A DNA stretch of 64,000 nucleotides from an uncultured Actinomycetota bacterium (GCA_963775655.1 CAVZJT010000007.1:734-64733); one strand, 5' to 3'. Counted from the stretch's first letter, positions 19,507 to 29,112 are shown. The notes: generated by a model from the letters alone, not told the origin. Made by a program: numbers and translations.

Positions 19507-20286
19507 ATGAGCGTGCAGGACACCCGGGTGAAGCCCACCTCGGACCCGAAACGATGGTCTGTTTGGACCCCTTCGCTGCCCGATGACCAGGTCGGTCGGG
19601 ATTCCGTGCCCGATGTGACCGGTCCGGCCGGACATCAGACCCCCCGCGTAAACTCGTGGCACAACGAGCCGACGGGAGAACGTGTGGTGGCCGAGGAAAC
19701 GCCGGAGCAACGGCGTGAACGGTTCGAACGCGATGCATTGCCTTTCCTCGATCAGCTGTACGCGGCCGCGATGCGGATGACCCGCAACCCCGCTGACGCC
19801 GAGGATCTCGTGCAGGAGACCTTCGTGAAGGCCTATGCCGCCTTCCACCAGTTCACCGAGGGAACCAACCTCAAGGCGTGGCTGTACCGGATCCTGACCA
19901 ACACGTTCATCAACAGCTACCGCAAACGCCAGCGTCAGCCGCAGCAGGCGGCCGGCGAGCAGGTCGAGGACTGGCAGCTGGCGGCGGCCGAGTCGCACAC
20001 CTCGAGCGGCCTGAAGTCCGCCGAGGTCGAGGCCCTCGACCACCTGCCCGACTCCGATGTCAAAAATGCTCTGCAGCAGCTTCCGGAGGATTTTCGGCTA
20101 GCAGTCTATCTGGCCGATGTCGAGGGCTTTTCTTACAAGGAAATTGCCGAGATCATGGACACGCCGATCGGCACCGTGATGTCGCGGCTGCACCGCGGGC
20201 GGCGCGGGTTGCAGCGGTTGCTCACGGACTACGCGAGAGAGCGCGGAATCACCCCGGCGGTGGTTGGCGAGGGGAGTTCGTCGTGA
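19507..20286 (+). CDS. sigH: ECF sigma factor SigH/SigR (thiol-oxidative stress)
   Basis: The core [42 protein letters not shown]...[42 protein letters not shown] is followed by a ZAS anti-sigma gene that overlaps its stop. The long form starts at ATG 19507 (RBS GGAAGGAG); a short form is possible from GTG 19684/19687. Confidence 0.9.
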   Translation: MSVQDTRVKPTSDPKRWSVWTPSLPDDQVGRDSVPDVTGPAGHQTPRVNSWHNEPTGERVVAEETPEQRRERFERDALPFLDQLYAAAMRMTRNPADAEDLVQETFVKAYAAFHQFTEGTNLKAWLYRILTNTFINSYRKRQRQPQQAAGEQVEDWQLAAAESHTSSGLKSAEVEALDHLPDSDVKNALQQLPEDFRLAVYLADVEGFSYKEIAEIMDTPIGTVMSRLHRGRRGLQRLLTDYARERGITPAVVGEGSSS

Positions 20287-20546
20287 GCTGCGGGAAGCCT
20301 CATGAGGTCGACTGCCGGGACGTCCTTTCCGACGTCTATTTGTTCCTCGACAACGAGTGCGACGGCGGTCAACGCGCGAAGATCGAGCATCACCTTGACG
20401 AATGCGGGCCGTGCCTGCAGAAGTTCGGCATCGAGGAGGAAGTCAAGGCGCTCCTCGCCCGCAAGTGCGGTGGCGATCGCGCCCCGTCCACGTTGCGGGA
20501 GACCGTCAAGATCCGGCTCAGCCAGGTCGTCATCACCACCGACTGA
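20283..20546 (+). CDS. rshA: Redox-sensing zinc anti-sigma factor (RsrA/RshA)
   Basis: 87-aa protein with the ZAS motif HHLDECGPC plus the upstream Cys (VDCRD). GTG 20283 overlaps the sigH stop (GTGA). Confidence 0.9.
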   Translation: MSCGKPHEVDCRDVLSDVYLFLDNECDGGQRAKIEHHLDECGPCLQKFGIEEEVKALLARKCGGDRAPSTLRETVKIRLSQVVITTD

Positions 20547-20563
20547 GCAGAAACGTCAGTCGA

Positions 20564-20638
20564 TCAGCTGTTCGGACGCTTTCCGTGGTTCGCTGCCTTC
20601 TTCGACCGCGCCTTGCGTTTGCGGCTGCGCTTGGCCAT
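20564..20638 (-). CDS. Actinobacterial small ribosomal protein bL37 (24 aa)
   Basis: MAKRSRKRKARSKKAANHGKRPNS is visible only as the tail of ORF 20564-20854. It has a GAGGAG RBS upstream of ATG 20638 and resembles the mycobacterial bL37 peptide as I recall it. Confidence 0.65.
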   Translation of the reverse strand: MAKRSRKRKARSKKAANHGKRPNS

Positions 20639-20795
20639 CGGGTCTCCTCTCATCTCGTGCACCGAGCTTGGCACAGCCCCGGCGGCTCGACCGAGCCGAC
20701 CCGGGTGAGCGCCGCCACTAAGGTCGTCTGAACGGATAATCCGGGGTCGGACCGAGGACATCGGTCCGGACAGGTCACGGGCAGGGAGGGCGGCG

Positions 20796-21941
20796 GTGTT
20801 CGAGACGGTTCTCGTCGCGAGCCGGGGTGGGGTCGCCGTAAAGATCATCGACACCTGCCGGCGGCTGGGCGTGAAGTCGGTCGCGGTCTACTCCGACATC
20901 GACGCCGACGCCCTGCACGTCAGCCTGTCCGACGAGTCGCTCCTCCTGGGTCCGGCACCGTTGACCGAGTCCTACGTCGACGTCGACCGCATCATCGAGG
21001 CCGCCCGGGTGACCGGCGCGCGCGCCGTGCACCCCGGTGACGGCCTGCTGGCCGGTGATCCGTCCGCGGCAGGCCGGGTCCGCGAGGCCGGCCTCGGCTG
21101 GGTCGGCCCCGGCCCCGAGGCGCTGACCCTGGCCGCCGATCAGGCCGTGGCGCGGGAGGCCGCCGCGTCGGTCGGGGTGCCGGGCACCGACGAGGCGGGC
21201 GGGACACCGCATCGCGCCCGCCGTATCGACGTCACGCTGCTCGGGCTCGTCGACCACCGAATCGTCGCGGTCAGCGAACGGGACTGCTCCGTGCGGTCCG
21301 GGAGCCGGACACTCGTCGACGACGTACCGTCGCCCGGCACCGACGAGGAGCTCCGTCGCCGGCTACGGCGGGCGGCGGCGCAGATCGCCGAGACCGTCGA
21401 CTACCGCGGACTCGGGACCGTCCGGTTCCTCGTCGACCGGGACACCGGTGAGCTCCGGTTCGGCGGACTGGAGCCGAGGCTGTCGGCCGGGCTCGCCGTG
21501 ACCGAACTCGTCACCGGGATCGATCTGGTCGAGCAGCAGCTGCTGATCGCCTCCGGCCAGCCGGCGTCCTTCGACGCCGACGCGCCGCCGTCGCGCGGGC
21601 ATGCCATCGGCGTCCGGATCTACGCCGAGGACCTCGACGCCGTTCCCGCCGGGTCGACCCGGATCGCGACGTGGGAGCTGCCCGGTGCCGATGGCGTGCG
21701 GATGGACTCCGGCTACCGGCCGGGCGACACCGTCACCCGGTACTACGACCCGCTGCTCGGCGTCCTCGCGGCCTGGGGCGACGACCGACGGGTCGCGCTG
21801 GTCAGGTTGCGCATGGCGCTGGCCGGGGTCCGGCTCGACGGGCCCGCCGCCAACCTCGACCTCCTGGCCGAGCTCCTCGACGACCCGCGGTTCGACATCG
21901 GTGACTACGACATCGGCCTGCTGCAGTCGCTGCGTCGCTGA
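20796..21941 (+). CDS. Biotin-carboxylase-like protein, truncated/degenerate ATP-grasp
   Basis: The N-terminus MFETVLVASRGGVAVKIIDTCRRLGVKSVAVYSDIDADALHV is typical of biotin carboxylase subunits. At 381 aa it is shorter than the roughly 450 aa I recall for canonical subunits, and I could not find the glycine-rich ATP loop. Confidence 0.7.
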   Translation: MFETVLVASRGGVAVKIIDTCRRLGVKSVAVYSDIDADALHVSLSDESLLLGPAPLTESYVDVDRIIEAARVTGARAVHPGDGLLAGDPSAAGRVREAGLGWVGPGPEALTLAADQAVAREAAASVGVPGTDEAGGTPHRARRIDVTLLGLVDHRIVAVSERDCSVRSGSRTLVDDVPSPGTDEELRRRLRRAAAQIAETVDYRGLGTVRFLVDRDTGELRFGGLEPRLSAGLAVTELVTGIDLVEQQLLIASGQPASFDADAPPSRGHAIGVRIYAEDLDAVPAGSTRIATWELPGADGVRMDSGYRPGDTVTRYYDPLLGVLAAWGDDRRVALVRLRMALAGVRLDGPAANLDLLAELLDDPRFDIGDYDIGLLQSLRR

Positions 21942-21993
21942 CCGAGCCGGAATGACCGAGCGGAATGACCGCGCCGGGGAATGACCGCGCCGG

Positions 21994-22797
21994 TCAGTGG
22001 GAGCGTCGGCGTACCAGTTCGTAGGCGACGACCGCCGCGGCGCTGGCGACGTTGAGCGACTCGACCCCGCCGAAGAGCGGGATGGACAGCCACTGTTCGA
22101 CCTGCCGGCGTACCTCCGGCGTGACACCGCGGGTCTCGTTGCCGAGGACGAACGCAGCCCTCGGCGCCAGGTCGGCCTCGAACAGCGGCGCGTCGCCCGC
22201 TCCGGCCAGGCCGTAGACGACGAACCCGGCCTGGCGCAGCAGATGAGTCGCCTGCGCCGCGGTTGCGCAGCGCAGGATGGGGGCCCGGAAGGCGACCCCG
22301 GCCGAGGCCTTGATGACCAGCGGGCCGACCTCGGGGGTGCCGGAGTGCGGGAGTACGACGCCGTCGAGACCGGCCGCCGTCGCCGTACGCAGGATCATGC
22401 CGACGTTGCCGGGGTTGGTGATCGCGTCGAGGACGAGTACGGCGGTGCTCCGCGGGTGTGCGTCTGGGGCCCGGCTCCGGCGGCGGGTGCGTCGCAGAAA
22501 GTCCTCCAGCGGCTGCATGCGGGGCGCGACGACGTCGGCGACGACCCCCTGGTCGTGCCGGCCGTTACCGGCGAGCAGCTTGACCCGCTGGGCGGAGGTC
22601 CGCTCCACCTCGAGGTCGGCGTCGCCTGCCGCGCGCAGGATCGCGTCGACCGTCTCGCCGTGGGCGTTGTCGGCGACGTGCACCTTCGCGACGGTGAGCC
22701 CCGGGTTGTCGAGGGCCTCGAGCACCGGCTTGCGGCCGTAGACGGTGATGAAGACGTCGCGCGGCGACGGACCCCGCTTCTTCGGACCGCTCTGCAC
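21994..22797 (-). CDS. TrmH/SpoU-family RNA 2'-O-methyltransferase
   Basis: SpoU motifs LVLDAITNPGNVGMILRTA, FVLGNETRGV and IPLFGGVESLNVASAAAV. GTG at 22797. Confidence 0.85.
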   Translation of the reverse strand: MQSGPKKRGPSPRDVFITVYGRKPVLEALDNPGLTVAKVHVADNAHGETVDAILRAAGDADLEVERTSAQRVKLLAGNGRHDQGVVADVVAPRMQPLEDFLRRTRRRSRAPDAHPRSTAVLVLDAITNPGNVGMILRTATAAGLDGVVLPHSGTPEVGPLVIKASAGVAFRAPILRCATAAQATHLLRQAGFVVYGLAGAGDAPLFEADLAPRAAFVLGNETRGVTPEVRRQVEQWLSIPLFGGVESLNVASAAAVVAYELVRRRSH

Positions 22798-22897
22798 GGT
22801 CGTTCCTCTCGTTCGCCGGTGATCCGGCTGCCACGATCGCACGGCGGGCGTCGTGCGTGATTGGATGCTCCCGGAAAGACCCGTTGCAGGAGGTGCT

Positions 22898-23113
22898 GTG
22901 GCCGAGGAGATCCGTGCGGAGATGGTCGCCAACGTCTGGAAGGTCGTGGTCGCCGAGGGCGACCAGGTCGCCGACGGCGACACGCTGGTGATCCTCGAAT
23001 CCATGAAGATGGAGATCCCGGTACTCACCGAAACCGCCGGCCGGGTGTCCGAACTCGCCGTCGCCGAGGGCGACGTCATCCAGGAAGGCGATCTGATCGC
23101 CATCGTCGACTGA
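22898..23113 (+). CDS. Biotin/lipoyl-attachment carrier protein (TB7.3-like)
   Basis: 71-aa protein with the biotinylation motif ESMKMEI. The RBS AGGAGG lies 5 nt before GTG 22898. Confidence 0.85.
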   Translation: MAEEIRAEMVANVWKVVVAEGDQVADGDTLVILESMKMEIPVLTETAGRVSELAVAEGDVIQEGDLIAIVD

Positions 23114-23117
23114 CGGC

Positions 23118-23225
23118 GCGGGTCTGTGCGGGTCAGCGCGGGTCAGGCGGGTTAGCGCGGGTCAGGCGGGTTGTCGCGGGTCAGGCGGGTTGTCGCGGGT
23201 CAGCCGGGTTGTCGCGGGTCAGCCG
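23118..23225. repeat. Tandem repeat, ~19-nt unit GCGGGTCAGGCGGGTTGTC (built from 9-10-nt half units), about 5.5 copies
   Basis: The sequence reads GCGGGTCTGT GCGGGTCAGC GCGGGTCAGGCGGGTTAGC GCGGGTCAGGCGGGTTGTC (x2) GCGGGTCAGCCGGGTTGTC GCGGGTCAGCC. The last unit supplies the stop codon (TCA 23219-23221) of the minus-strand GNAT gene. Confidence 0.85.
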
Positions 23226-23926
23226 GCGACCACGCCATGCTCGACGCACCGTGCGGTCCACGCGTCGGGCGTGATCTGGACGACCATCCGCCGGCGACAC
23301 TGCGGGCACCATCGAGCCGGCTCCAGCCGGCGTGCCTCGGCACAGCTGGCATGGTCGGCCCCGTCAAGTTCCCCGCCGCACCGGTCGCAGTAGCGCGGCG
23401 CCGGGTCGGTCGCGTCGGCTGTGAGGTCAAGGGCGTAGGTGATCAGCGCGACGTCCGGCGCGGGGGACCAGTCGCGGTCCGGCGTACGGCGGAAGCCGAA
23501 CCGGTCGTAGAGCCGGTGCGCGGCGACCATGTCGTGCTGGGTGGACAGTCGCATCGCGGTACTTCCCGCTGCGCGGGCCCGGCGTACGCACTCGCCGACC
23601 AGCGCGGTACCGATCCCGCGTCCGCGGATGGCCGGGTCGACGACCAGCATGCGAAACTCCGCCTCACCGGGCGCCGCGAGTTCGGCCCAGGGGCTACCAG
23701 CTGCGCAGTAGGTGACCGAGCCGAGGATGCCGCCGCCGGCTTCGGCAACTTCGGCAGCTTCGGCGACTAGGAGATCGGCCTCGCCGGCCCGCCGCTCGGC
23801 GTCGCGCAATTCCTTGAGATAGAACGAGTCCTGCGGCAGGAACCCGGCGTCGACGTAGACCCGCGCGGTCAGCTCGCCGATGGCGTCGTACTCCTCCGGG
23901 CGAGCAACGCGGACGACCGTGGCCAT
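23219..23926 (-). CDS. GNAT-family acetyltransferase with C-terminal zinc-ribbon-like extension
   Basis: Acetyl-CoA motif [15 protein letters not shown]. The C-terminal Cys pairs are CDRCGG and CPQCRR. Confidence 0.8.
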   Translation of the reverse strand: MATVVRVARPEEYDAIGELTARVYVDAGFLPQDSFYLKELRDAERRAGEADLLVAEAAEVAEAGGGILGSVTYCAAGSPWAELAAPGEAEFRMLVVDPAIRGRGIGTALVGECVRRARAAGSTAMRLSTQHDMVAAHRLYDRFGFRRTPDRDWSPAPDVALITYALDLTADATDPAPRYCDRCGGELDGADHASCAEARRLEPARWCPQCRRRMVVQITPDAWTARCVEHGVVAG

Positions 23927-23976
23927 GCCCTACTCATACCTCATCCCCGAGTGGGCACATGCGCCGACTCGGCCTT

Positions 23977-24058
23977 GACCAAAACGCACTCCTAGTGCGT
24001 TTTGGTCCGCGACACGCCGGCGCGGCTCCCCAAAACGCACTAGGAGTGCGTTTTGGTC
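23977..24058. repeat. 82-nt double-hairpin repeat (family B), copy 2
   Basis: GACCAAAACGCACT-CCT-AGTGCGTTTTGGTC, then CGCGACACGCCGGCGCGGCTCC, then CCAAAACGCACT-AGG-AGTGCGTTTTGGTC. The copy lies 41 nt downstream of the DUF559 gene stop. Confidence 0.85.
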
Positions 24059-24099
24059 GCGAGGGCTGGGGCTCCGAGGTGCGATCTCGGAGTGTTGGG

Positions 24100-25012
24100 T
24101 CAGGCAGCGGGACGGAAGGCGGCGAGCGCGTCGGCGACGGTCTGTACGACGTAGCTGGGCCGCATCGTGGCGTCGTACCAGGTGAATCGGAGCACGTGCC
24201 ACCCGGCCAGCTCGACATCGTTACCGCGCTGCCGGTCCCGGTAGACGGCCTTGACCTCGTCGTGGACCGCCCGACCGTCCGCCTCGATCGCGATGCGCCA
24301 CTCGACGTAGGCGAAGTCCAGTCGGGCGACCACCCTCCCGTCGATGTCGGTGAGGACGTGCTGGAGCACAGGGAGTGGTAGGCCGCCGTCGACGAGGACG
24401 AGTCGGATCAGAGTCTCCAAGGGCGATTCGCTACGTGCGTCGACCAGCGACACCCGGCGACGGATCGGACAGGCGAACGGCTCAGATCCCACGTTCTCCG
24501 CGATGGTTGCAAGCTCGGACGGGGTGATGAGGTTCTTGCGGACGGCGTCCTCGCAAGCCCAGATTGCGGTCAGCCGGTCACTCCACCGCAGCAGGTCGAG
24601 CAATGTGCGACGCACGGTCGTCACCCGGATCCCGGCCACAGTCGTGACGTCGGATTCGGGGAGAGGACAGCTGTGCACCAGCAACAGCCGCCGGTTGCGC
24701 CGATGGTCGGTGGCGCATGCGTGCTCGTGCGGTTCCTTCCGAACGACATCGATCGCGTGCAGTCGGGCGGCAGTGTCCATGCTGACCACGGCACCGGCCG
24801 GCGCGCTCAGTGCGACGGCAGCGGCCCGAATCTCGGGAGTCAGGTTGAGTGCGGCGTCGGCGTAGACGCCGCGCTGGATCCGCCGCCAGTCTCCGCGTCT
24901 CACCAGGTAGGTGATGTCCTTGCCGGTCATTCCGGACGCGCGGGCTTGTGCCGACGGTGATCAAACCGTGCTGATGATCGGAATATCGGGTAAGGAGCGC
25001 GTCCACCCGCAC
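24100..25012 (-). pseudogene. DUF559 (Vsr/PD-(D/E)xK-like endonuclease) protein with AbiEi-like N-terminal domain, one frameshift
   Basis: The C-terminal DUF559 signature is SPLETLIRLVLVDGGLPLPVLQHVL...VARLDFAYVEWRIAIEADGRAVHD...DRQRGNDVELAGWHVLRFTW. The N-terminal 17 aa (VRVDALLTRYSDHQHGL) are in ORF 24578-25012 and join the main frame at ~24958-24962 (apparent extra nucleotide). Confidence 0.8.
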
Positions 25013-25142
25013 AGTGTCATCGCGAATATCGCCGACGACGACCGATCAATGACGGTGTGGATGAGCATTGCCGGCTGTGGAGAACGAGTTGACGCGGGCG
25101 CCGTACGCCACTCGCGGTACGCCGACCCCGGGGTTGCGGCGT

Positions 25143-25224
25143 GACCAAAACGCACTAGGAGTGCGTTTTGGTCCGCGACACGCCGGTGCGGGCCCCCAAA
25201 ACGCACTAGGAGTGCGTTTTGGTC
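25143..25224. repeat. 82-nt double-hairpin repeat (family B), copy 3
   Basis: Same orientation and subfamily as copy 2, with 76/82 positions identical by eye (three of the six differences are the inverted loop). The copy lies 39 nt downstream of the symporter stop. Confidence 0.85.
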
Positions 25225-25263
25225 ACGGGGCCCCGGAACGGGGCCGAGCGGGCGGGTGAGTGG

Positions 25264-26890
25264 CTACGCGGCGAGTTCGGGTTGGACGCGGGGGTCGTCG
25301 GCGTCGGCGTGGTAGTCGGCCGGCGCGGTCTGGTCCCGTCCGGCGGGCACCTTCAGGGCCCGGAAGACCAGGGTGAGTACGACGGCGATCACCACGTTCA
25401 TCACGAACGCGGTCAGGGCGATGTAGCCGGTCCGCCCACCCAGCAGGGGGATCGACGCCACCGAACCGCCGAAGTGCTTACCCGTCGCCGGATTCAGGAC
25501 GTTGTACGCCGACACCGTGCCGTAGACCATCGCCGCCGCCCAGCCGATCAGGAGCGCGTAGCGGTGCAGCCAGCGGGTGTAGAGCCCGAAGACGATGGCC
25601 GGGAAGGTCTGCAGGATCCAGATCCCGCCCAGCAGCTGGAAGTTCAGCGCGAGGGTCTTGTCGAGGAAGAGGACGAAGACGAGCGCGCCCAGCTTCACCA
25701 CCAGCGACACCAGCTTCGACACGGCCGCCTCGTGTGCCGGCGTGGCGCGGCGCCGGAAGAACTCGCGGTAGACGTTGCGGGTGAACAGATTCGCGGCGGC
25801 GATGGACATGATCGCGGCCGGCACCAGCGCACCGATCGCGATCGCGGCGAACGCGATGCCCGCGAACCAGCTCGGGAACATCTGCCGGAACAGCGCCGGC
25901 ACCACCAGCTGCGGGTTGGGCTTCCCGTCCAGCCCGATCACGCTCGTCTTCGCCGCGATCGCCATGAATCCCAGCAACGCCAGCAGGCCGAGCATCAGCG
26001 AGTACGCCGGCAGGATGGCGGCGTTGCGGCGGACGATGCCGCGGTTCTTGGTCGAGAGCACGGCGGTCACCGAGTGCGGATACATGAACAGCGCCATCGC
26101 CGATCCCAAAGCGAGGGTCGCGTAGGCCCACAATGCCTTGTCCGACGGGATCACCGAACTGCCCGGCAAGCGCCGACGGTGAACTCATCTTCGCCTGCGC
26201 GGCGTCGAAGATCTTGCCGAATCCGCCGAGTTTGTAAGGGATGTAGATGATCGCCACGATGACGACGAGGTAGATCAGGAAGTCCTTCACGAAGGCGATC
26301 AGCGCGGGCGCGCGAAGCCCGCTGGAGTAGGTGTATGCGGCGAGGATGGCGAAGGCGATGAACAGCGGCAGGTCCTTGGCGAAGGTGTTTCCGCCGCCAC
26401 CGATGCCGATCACCTCGAGCACCGCCTGGATTCCCACCAGCTGCAGGGCGATGTAGGGCATCGTCGCCAGGATCCCGGTGAGGGCGATCGCCAGTGACAA
26501 AGAGCGCGAGTCGAAGCGCCCGCGGATGAAGTCTGCCGGGGTGACGTAGCCGTGCCGGTGTGCGACCGACCACAGCCTCGGCATGAAGATGAAGATGAGC
26601 GGATAGACGATGATCGTGTAGGGCACGGCGAAGAAGCCGCTGACCGCGCCGCTGGCGTAGAGCGCCGCCGGCACCGCCACGAAGGTGTAGGCGGTGTAGA
26701 GGTCGCCGCCGAGCAGGAACCAGGTCACGAACGTGCCGAAGCCCCGCCCGCCCAGCCCCCACTCGTCGAGGCTGGACATTGCGTGGGTACGCCGCCAGCG
26801 GGTCGCCGCGAAGCCCACCACCGAGACGAGCAGGAAGAGCACGATGACGATGGTCAGCGCGACTCGCGTCGATCCCGTTTCCGGCCGCAC
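25264..26890 (-). pseudogene. Sodium:solute symporter (SSS) family transporter, one frameshift
   Basis: The N-terminal ~240 aa are in ORF 25478-26890 (VALTIVIVLFLLVSVVGFAATRW...GDLYTAYTFVAVPA). The C-terminal 300 aa are in ORF 25264-26169 (SSVIPSDKALWAYATLALGSA...). The frames join at ~26168-26172 (apparent extra nucleotide). The gene is preceded by a DUF3311 gene, as is typical for this transporter type. Confidence 0.8.
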
Positions 26891-26905
26891 CGGCGGCCAG
26901 GGTGC

Positions 26906-27220
26906 TCACCGGCCCTCCCCGTCGGAGCCGATACCGGAGCCGATACCGGAGTCGGCATCACGGTCGACCTCGACGTCGCGGCCCGTCCGGGTCATCAGCA
27001 GGTATGCGGTCGCGGTCGCGGCGGCGGCGATGACCACCCACAGCAGTTGGTACCAGTAGAAGAACGGGAATCCCCACAACCGCGGGGTTGCGGAGTTGTA
27101 GGTGCCGACCGACAGCAGCGCAACGAGCGGCGCAGCAAGCAGTACGGCGACGACCGCAAGCACCGCGGGGGAGTGCTTACGGCGGCGTACCCGGGACTGG
27201 TGCGGCTCTGCCACAGCGAC
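26906..27220 (-). CDS. DUF3311-family small membrane protein (SSS transporter accessory)
   Basis: Two TM segments with the conserved WGFPFFYWYQLLW. The start is uncertain (GTG 27220/27214). Confidence 0.65.
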   Translation of the reverse strand, partial: VAVAEPHQSRVRRRKHSPAVLAVVAVLLAAPLVALLSVGTYNSATPRLWGFPFFYWYQLLWVVIAAAATATAYLLMTRTGRDVEVDRDADSGIGSGIGSDGEGR

Positions 27221-27335
27221 CTCCGACGACGTGATCACCCCCGTGCGGGCCCGCACCCTACCCCGAGATCATCCGGCCGTCTGCCCCTGAGAGCGGCGGA
27301 GAACCGGCCGCAGCGCGCCAAGCCCGCCAAACCGG

Positions 27336-28328
27336 TCACAATGCCTGCGACAGCGCCTTGATCGGCATCCGCAGGTCGGCCAGCATCGCCAGGTCCTCGG
27401 TCGCCGGTCGGCCCAGCGTGGTCAGGTAGTTCCCGACGATCACGGCGTTGACGCCGCCGAGCATTCCCTTGCTCGCCAGGTCGCCGAGGGCGAGTTCACG
27501 GCCGCCGGCGTAGCGGATGATGGTGCGCGGCAGGGCCAGCCGGAAGGCCGCCACCGTCTTCAACGCCGTCGCCGCGTCGATCACCGGCAGGTCGCCGAAC
27601 GGCGTGCCCGGACGGGGATTGAGGAAATTCAGCGGCACCTCGTCCGGTTCGAGCGCCGCGAGCTGGGCCGCGAACTCCGCCCGCTGCTCCAGCGATTCGC
27701 CCATCCCGACGATCCCGCCGCAGCAGACCTCCATGCCGGCGGTGCGCACCATCGTCAGCGTCGACCACCGCTCTTCCCAGCTGTGCGTGGTGACCACCTG
27801 CGGGAAGTAGGACCGGGCCGTCTCCAGGTTGTGGTTGTAGCGGTGTACGCCGATCGCGGCCAGCTCGTCGACCTGCTCCTGGGTGAGCATCCCCAGCGAG
27901 CAGGCGATGTTGATGTCGACCTCGGCGCGGATCGCCGCGACCGACTCGCGTACCTGGTCCATCAGCCGCTGGTTCGGCCCGCGCACCGCGGCGACGATGC
28001 AGAACTCGGTCGCTCCGGTCGCCGCGGTCTCCCGGGCGGCGCGCACCAACGACGGCACGTCCAGCCAGGCCGAGCGCACCGGGGAGTCGAAAAGCCCCGA
28101 CTGGGAGCAGAAATGGCAGTCCTCGGGGCAGCCGCCGGTCTTGGCGCTGACGATCCCCTCGACCTCGACCTCCGGCCCGCACCAGCGCATGCGGACCTCG
28201 TGCGCGACCTCCAGCAGCTCGTCGAGCCGCCCGTCGTCCACCTGCAGGCAGGCGAGGGTCTGGGCCTCGTCGAGGCCGTGACCGCCGTCGCGGACCTGCT
28301 CGCGGGCGGTGGTCAGGATGTCGGGCAC
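27336..28328 (-). CDS. bioB: Biotin synthase
   Basis: Radical-SAM cluster CPEDCHFC; YNHNLET and the rest of the ORF are colinear with BioB. GTG 28328 lies directly after the bioD stop. Confidence 0.9.
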   Translation of the reverse strand: MPDILTTAREQVRDGGHGLDEAQTLACLQVDDGRLDELLEVAHEVRMRWCGPEVEVEGIVSAKTGGCPEDCHFCSQSGLFDSPVRSAWLDVPSLVRAARETAATGATEFCIVAAVRGPNQRLMDQVRESVAAIRAEVDINIACSLGMLTQEQVDELAAIGVHRYNHNLETARSYFPQVVTTHSWEERWSTLTMVRTAGMEVCCGGIVGMGESLEQRAEFAAQLAALEPDEVPLNFLNPRPGTPFGDLPVIDAATALKTVAAFRLALPRTIIRYAGGRELALGDLASKGMLGGVNAVIVGNYLTTLGRPATEDLAMLADLRMPIKALSQAL

Positions 28329-28329
28329 G

Positions 28330-29061
28330 TCAGGTGCTCCTGTCCTCGGCGCTGCCGTGCATCTGCACCCCGAAGTCTGCCGCATCGAATCGCCCGCCGT
28401 ACGCCGGGGAGAGACCGGTGCGCGCGACGCCGAGGAAGTCCGGGGACCGAGCCGCCCCTTCAGCGAGGGCGCCGGCGAGCGGTCGCCCGCCCAGTGCGGC
28501 CAGGTCGTCGACATTGGCCCGGGCGGCCAGGTCGGGGTGCCGCGGCCACGATCCGACGACGATGCCGGACAGCGTGATCCCGCGTCCGGCCATGACCTCG
28601 AGGGTGAGCGCGGTGTGGTTCAGCGTCCCGAGGCCGGCCGCGACGACCAGCAGCGCCGGGGCCGCGAGCAGCCGGGTCAGATCGGCGATCGTCCATCCGT
28701 CCGGGCCGAACCGCACCAGCAGCCCGCCGGCACCCTCCACGATGACCAGATCGCGCTGCTCGGCGAGCGTCCGGATCCGCCGAGCCACGTCGTCGACGGT
28801 GGGTGCGGGGAGCCCGCTGCGCCGGGCCGCGGCCTCCGGCGAAAGCGGGTCGGGGTAGCGGGCGTATTCGTGCAGATCGTCCACAGTGGACAGGCGTCGT
28901 ACCTCCGCCAGATCGCCCGGCTCATCGGGCCCCACGCCGGTCTGGGCGGGTTTCACCACCGCCACCGTCGACCGCCGGTCGGCGGCCAACGCCGCGACAG
29001 CGGCCGTCACGACAGTCTTTCCCACGTCCGTGCCGGTCCCGGTGACCACCAGAATGCTCAT
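28330..29061 (-). CDS. bioD: Dethiobiotin synthase
   Basis: [22 protein letters not shown]-loop and the EGAGG motif. ATG at 29061. Confidence 0.85.
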   Translation of the reverse strand: MSILVVTGTGTDVGKTVVTAAVAALAADRRSTVAVVKPAQTGVGPDEPGDLAEVRRLSTVDDLHEYARYPDPLSPEAAARRSGLPAPTVDDVARRIRTLAEQRDLVIVEGAGGLLVRFGPDGWTIADLTRLLAAPALLVVAAGLGTLNHTALTLEVMAGRGITLSGIVVGSWPRHPDLAARANVDDLAALGGRPLAGALAEGAARSPDFLGVARTGLSPAYGGRFDAADFGVQMHGSAEDRST

Positions 29062-29112
29062 CGCCGGGAGCCTACGGTCCGTCCTCCGACGGCCTGCGGG
29101 AGAATGCCCCGC

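Noticed and set aside
24100-25012. The DUF559/AbiEi-like gene as the antitoxin of a type IV toxin-antitoxin (AbiE) defence system.
   Set aside because: No AbiEii-type nucleotidyltransferase toxin gene is adjacent. The C-terminal half is a DUF559 nuclease fold rather than the AbiEi C-terminal domain. It is kept only as a possible selfish nuclease.
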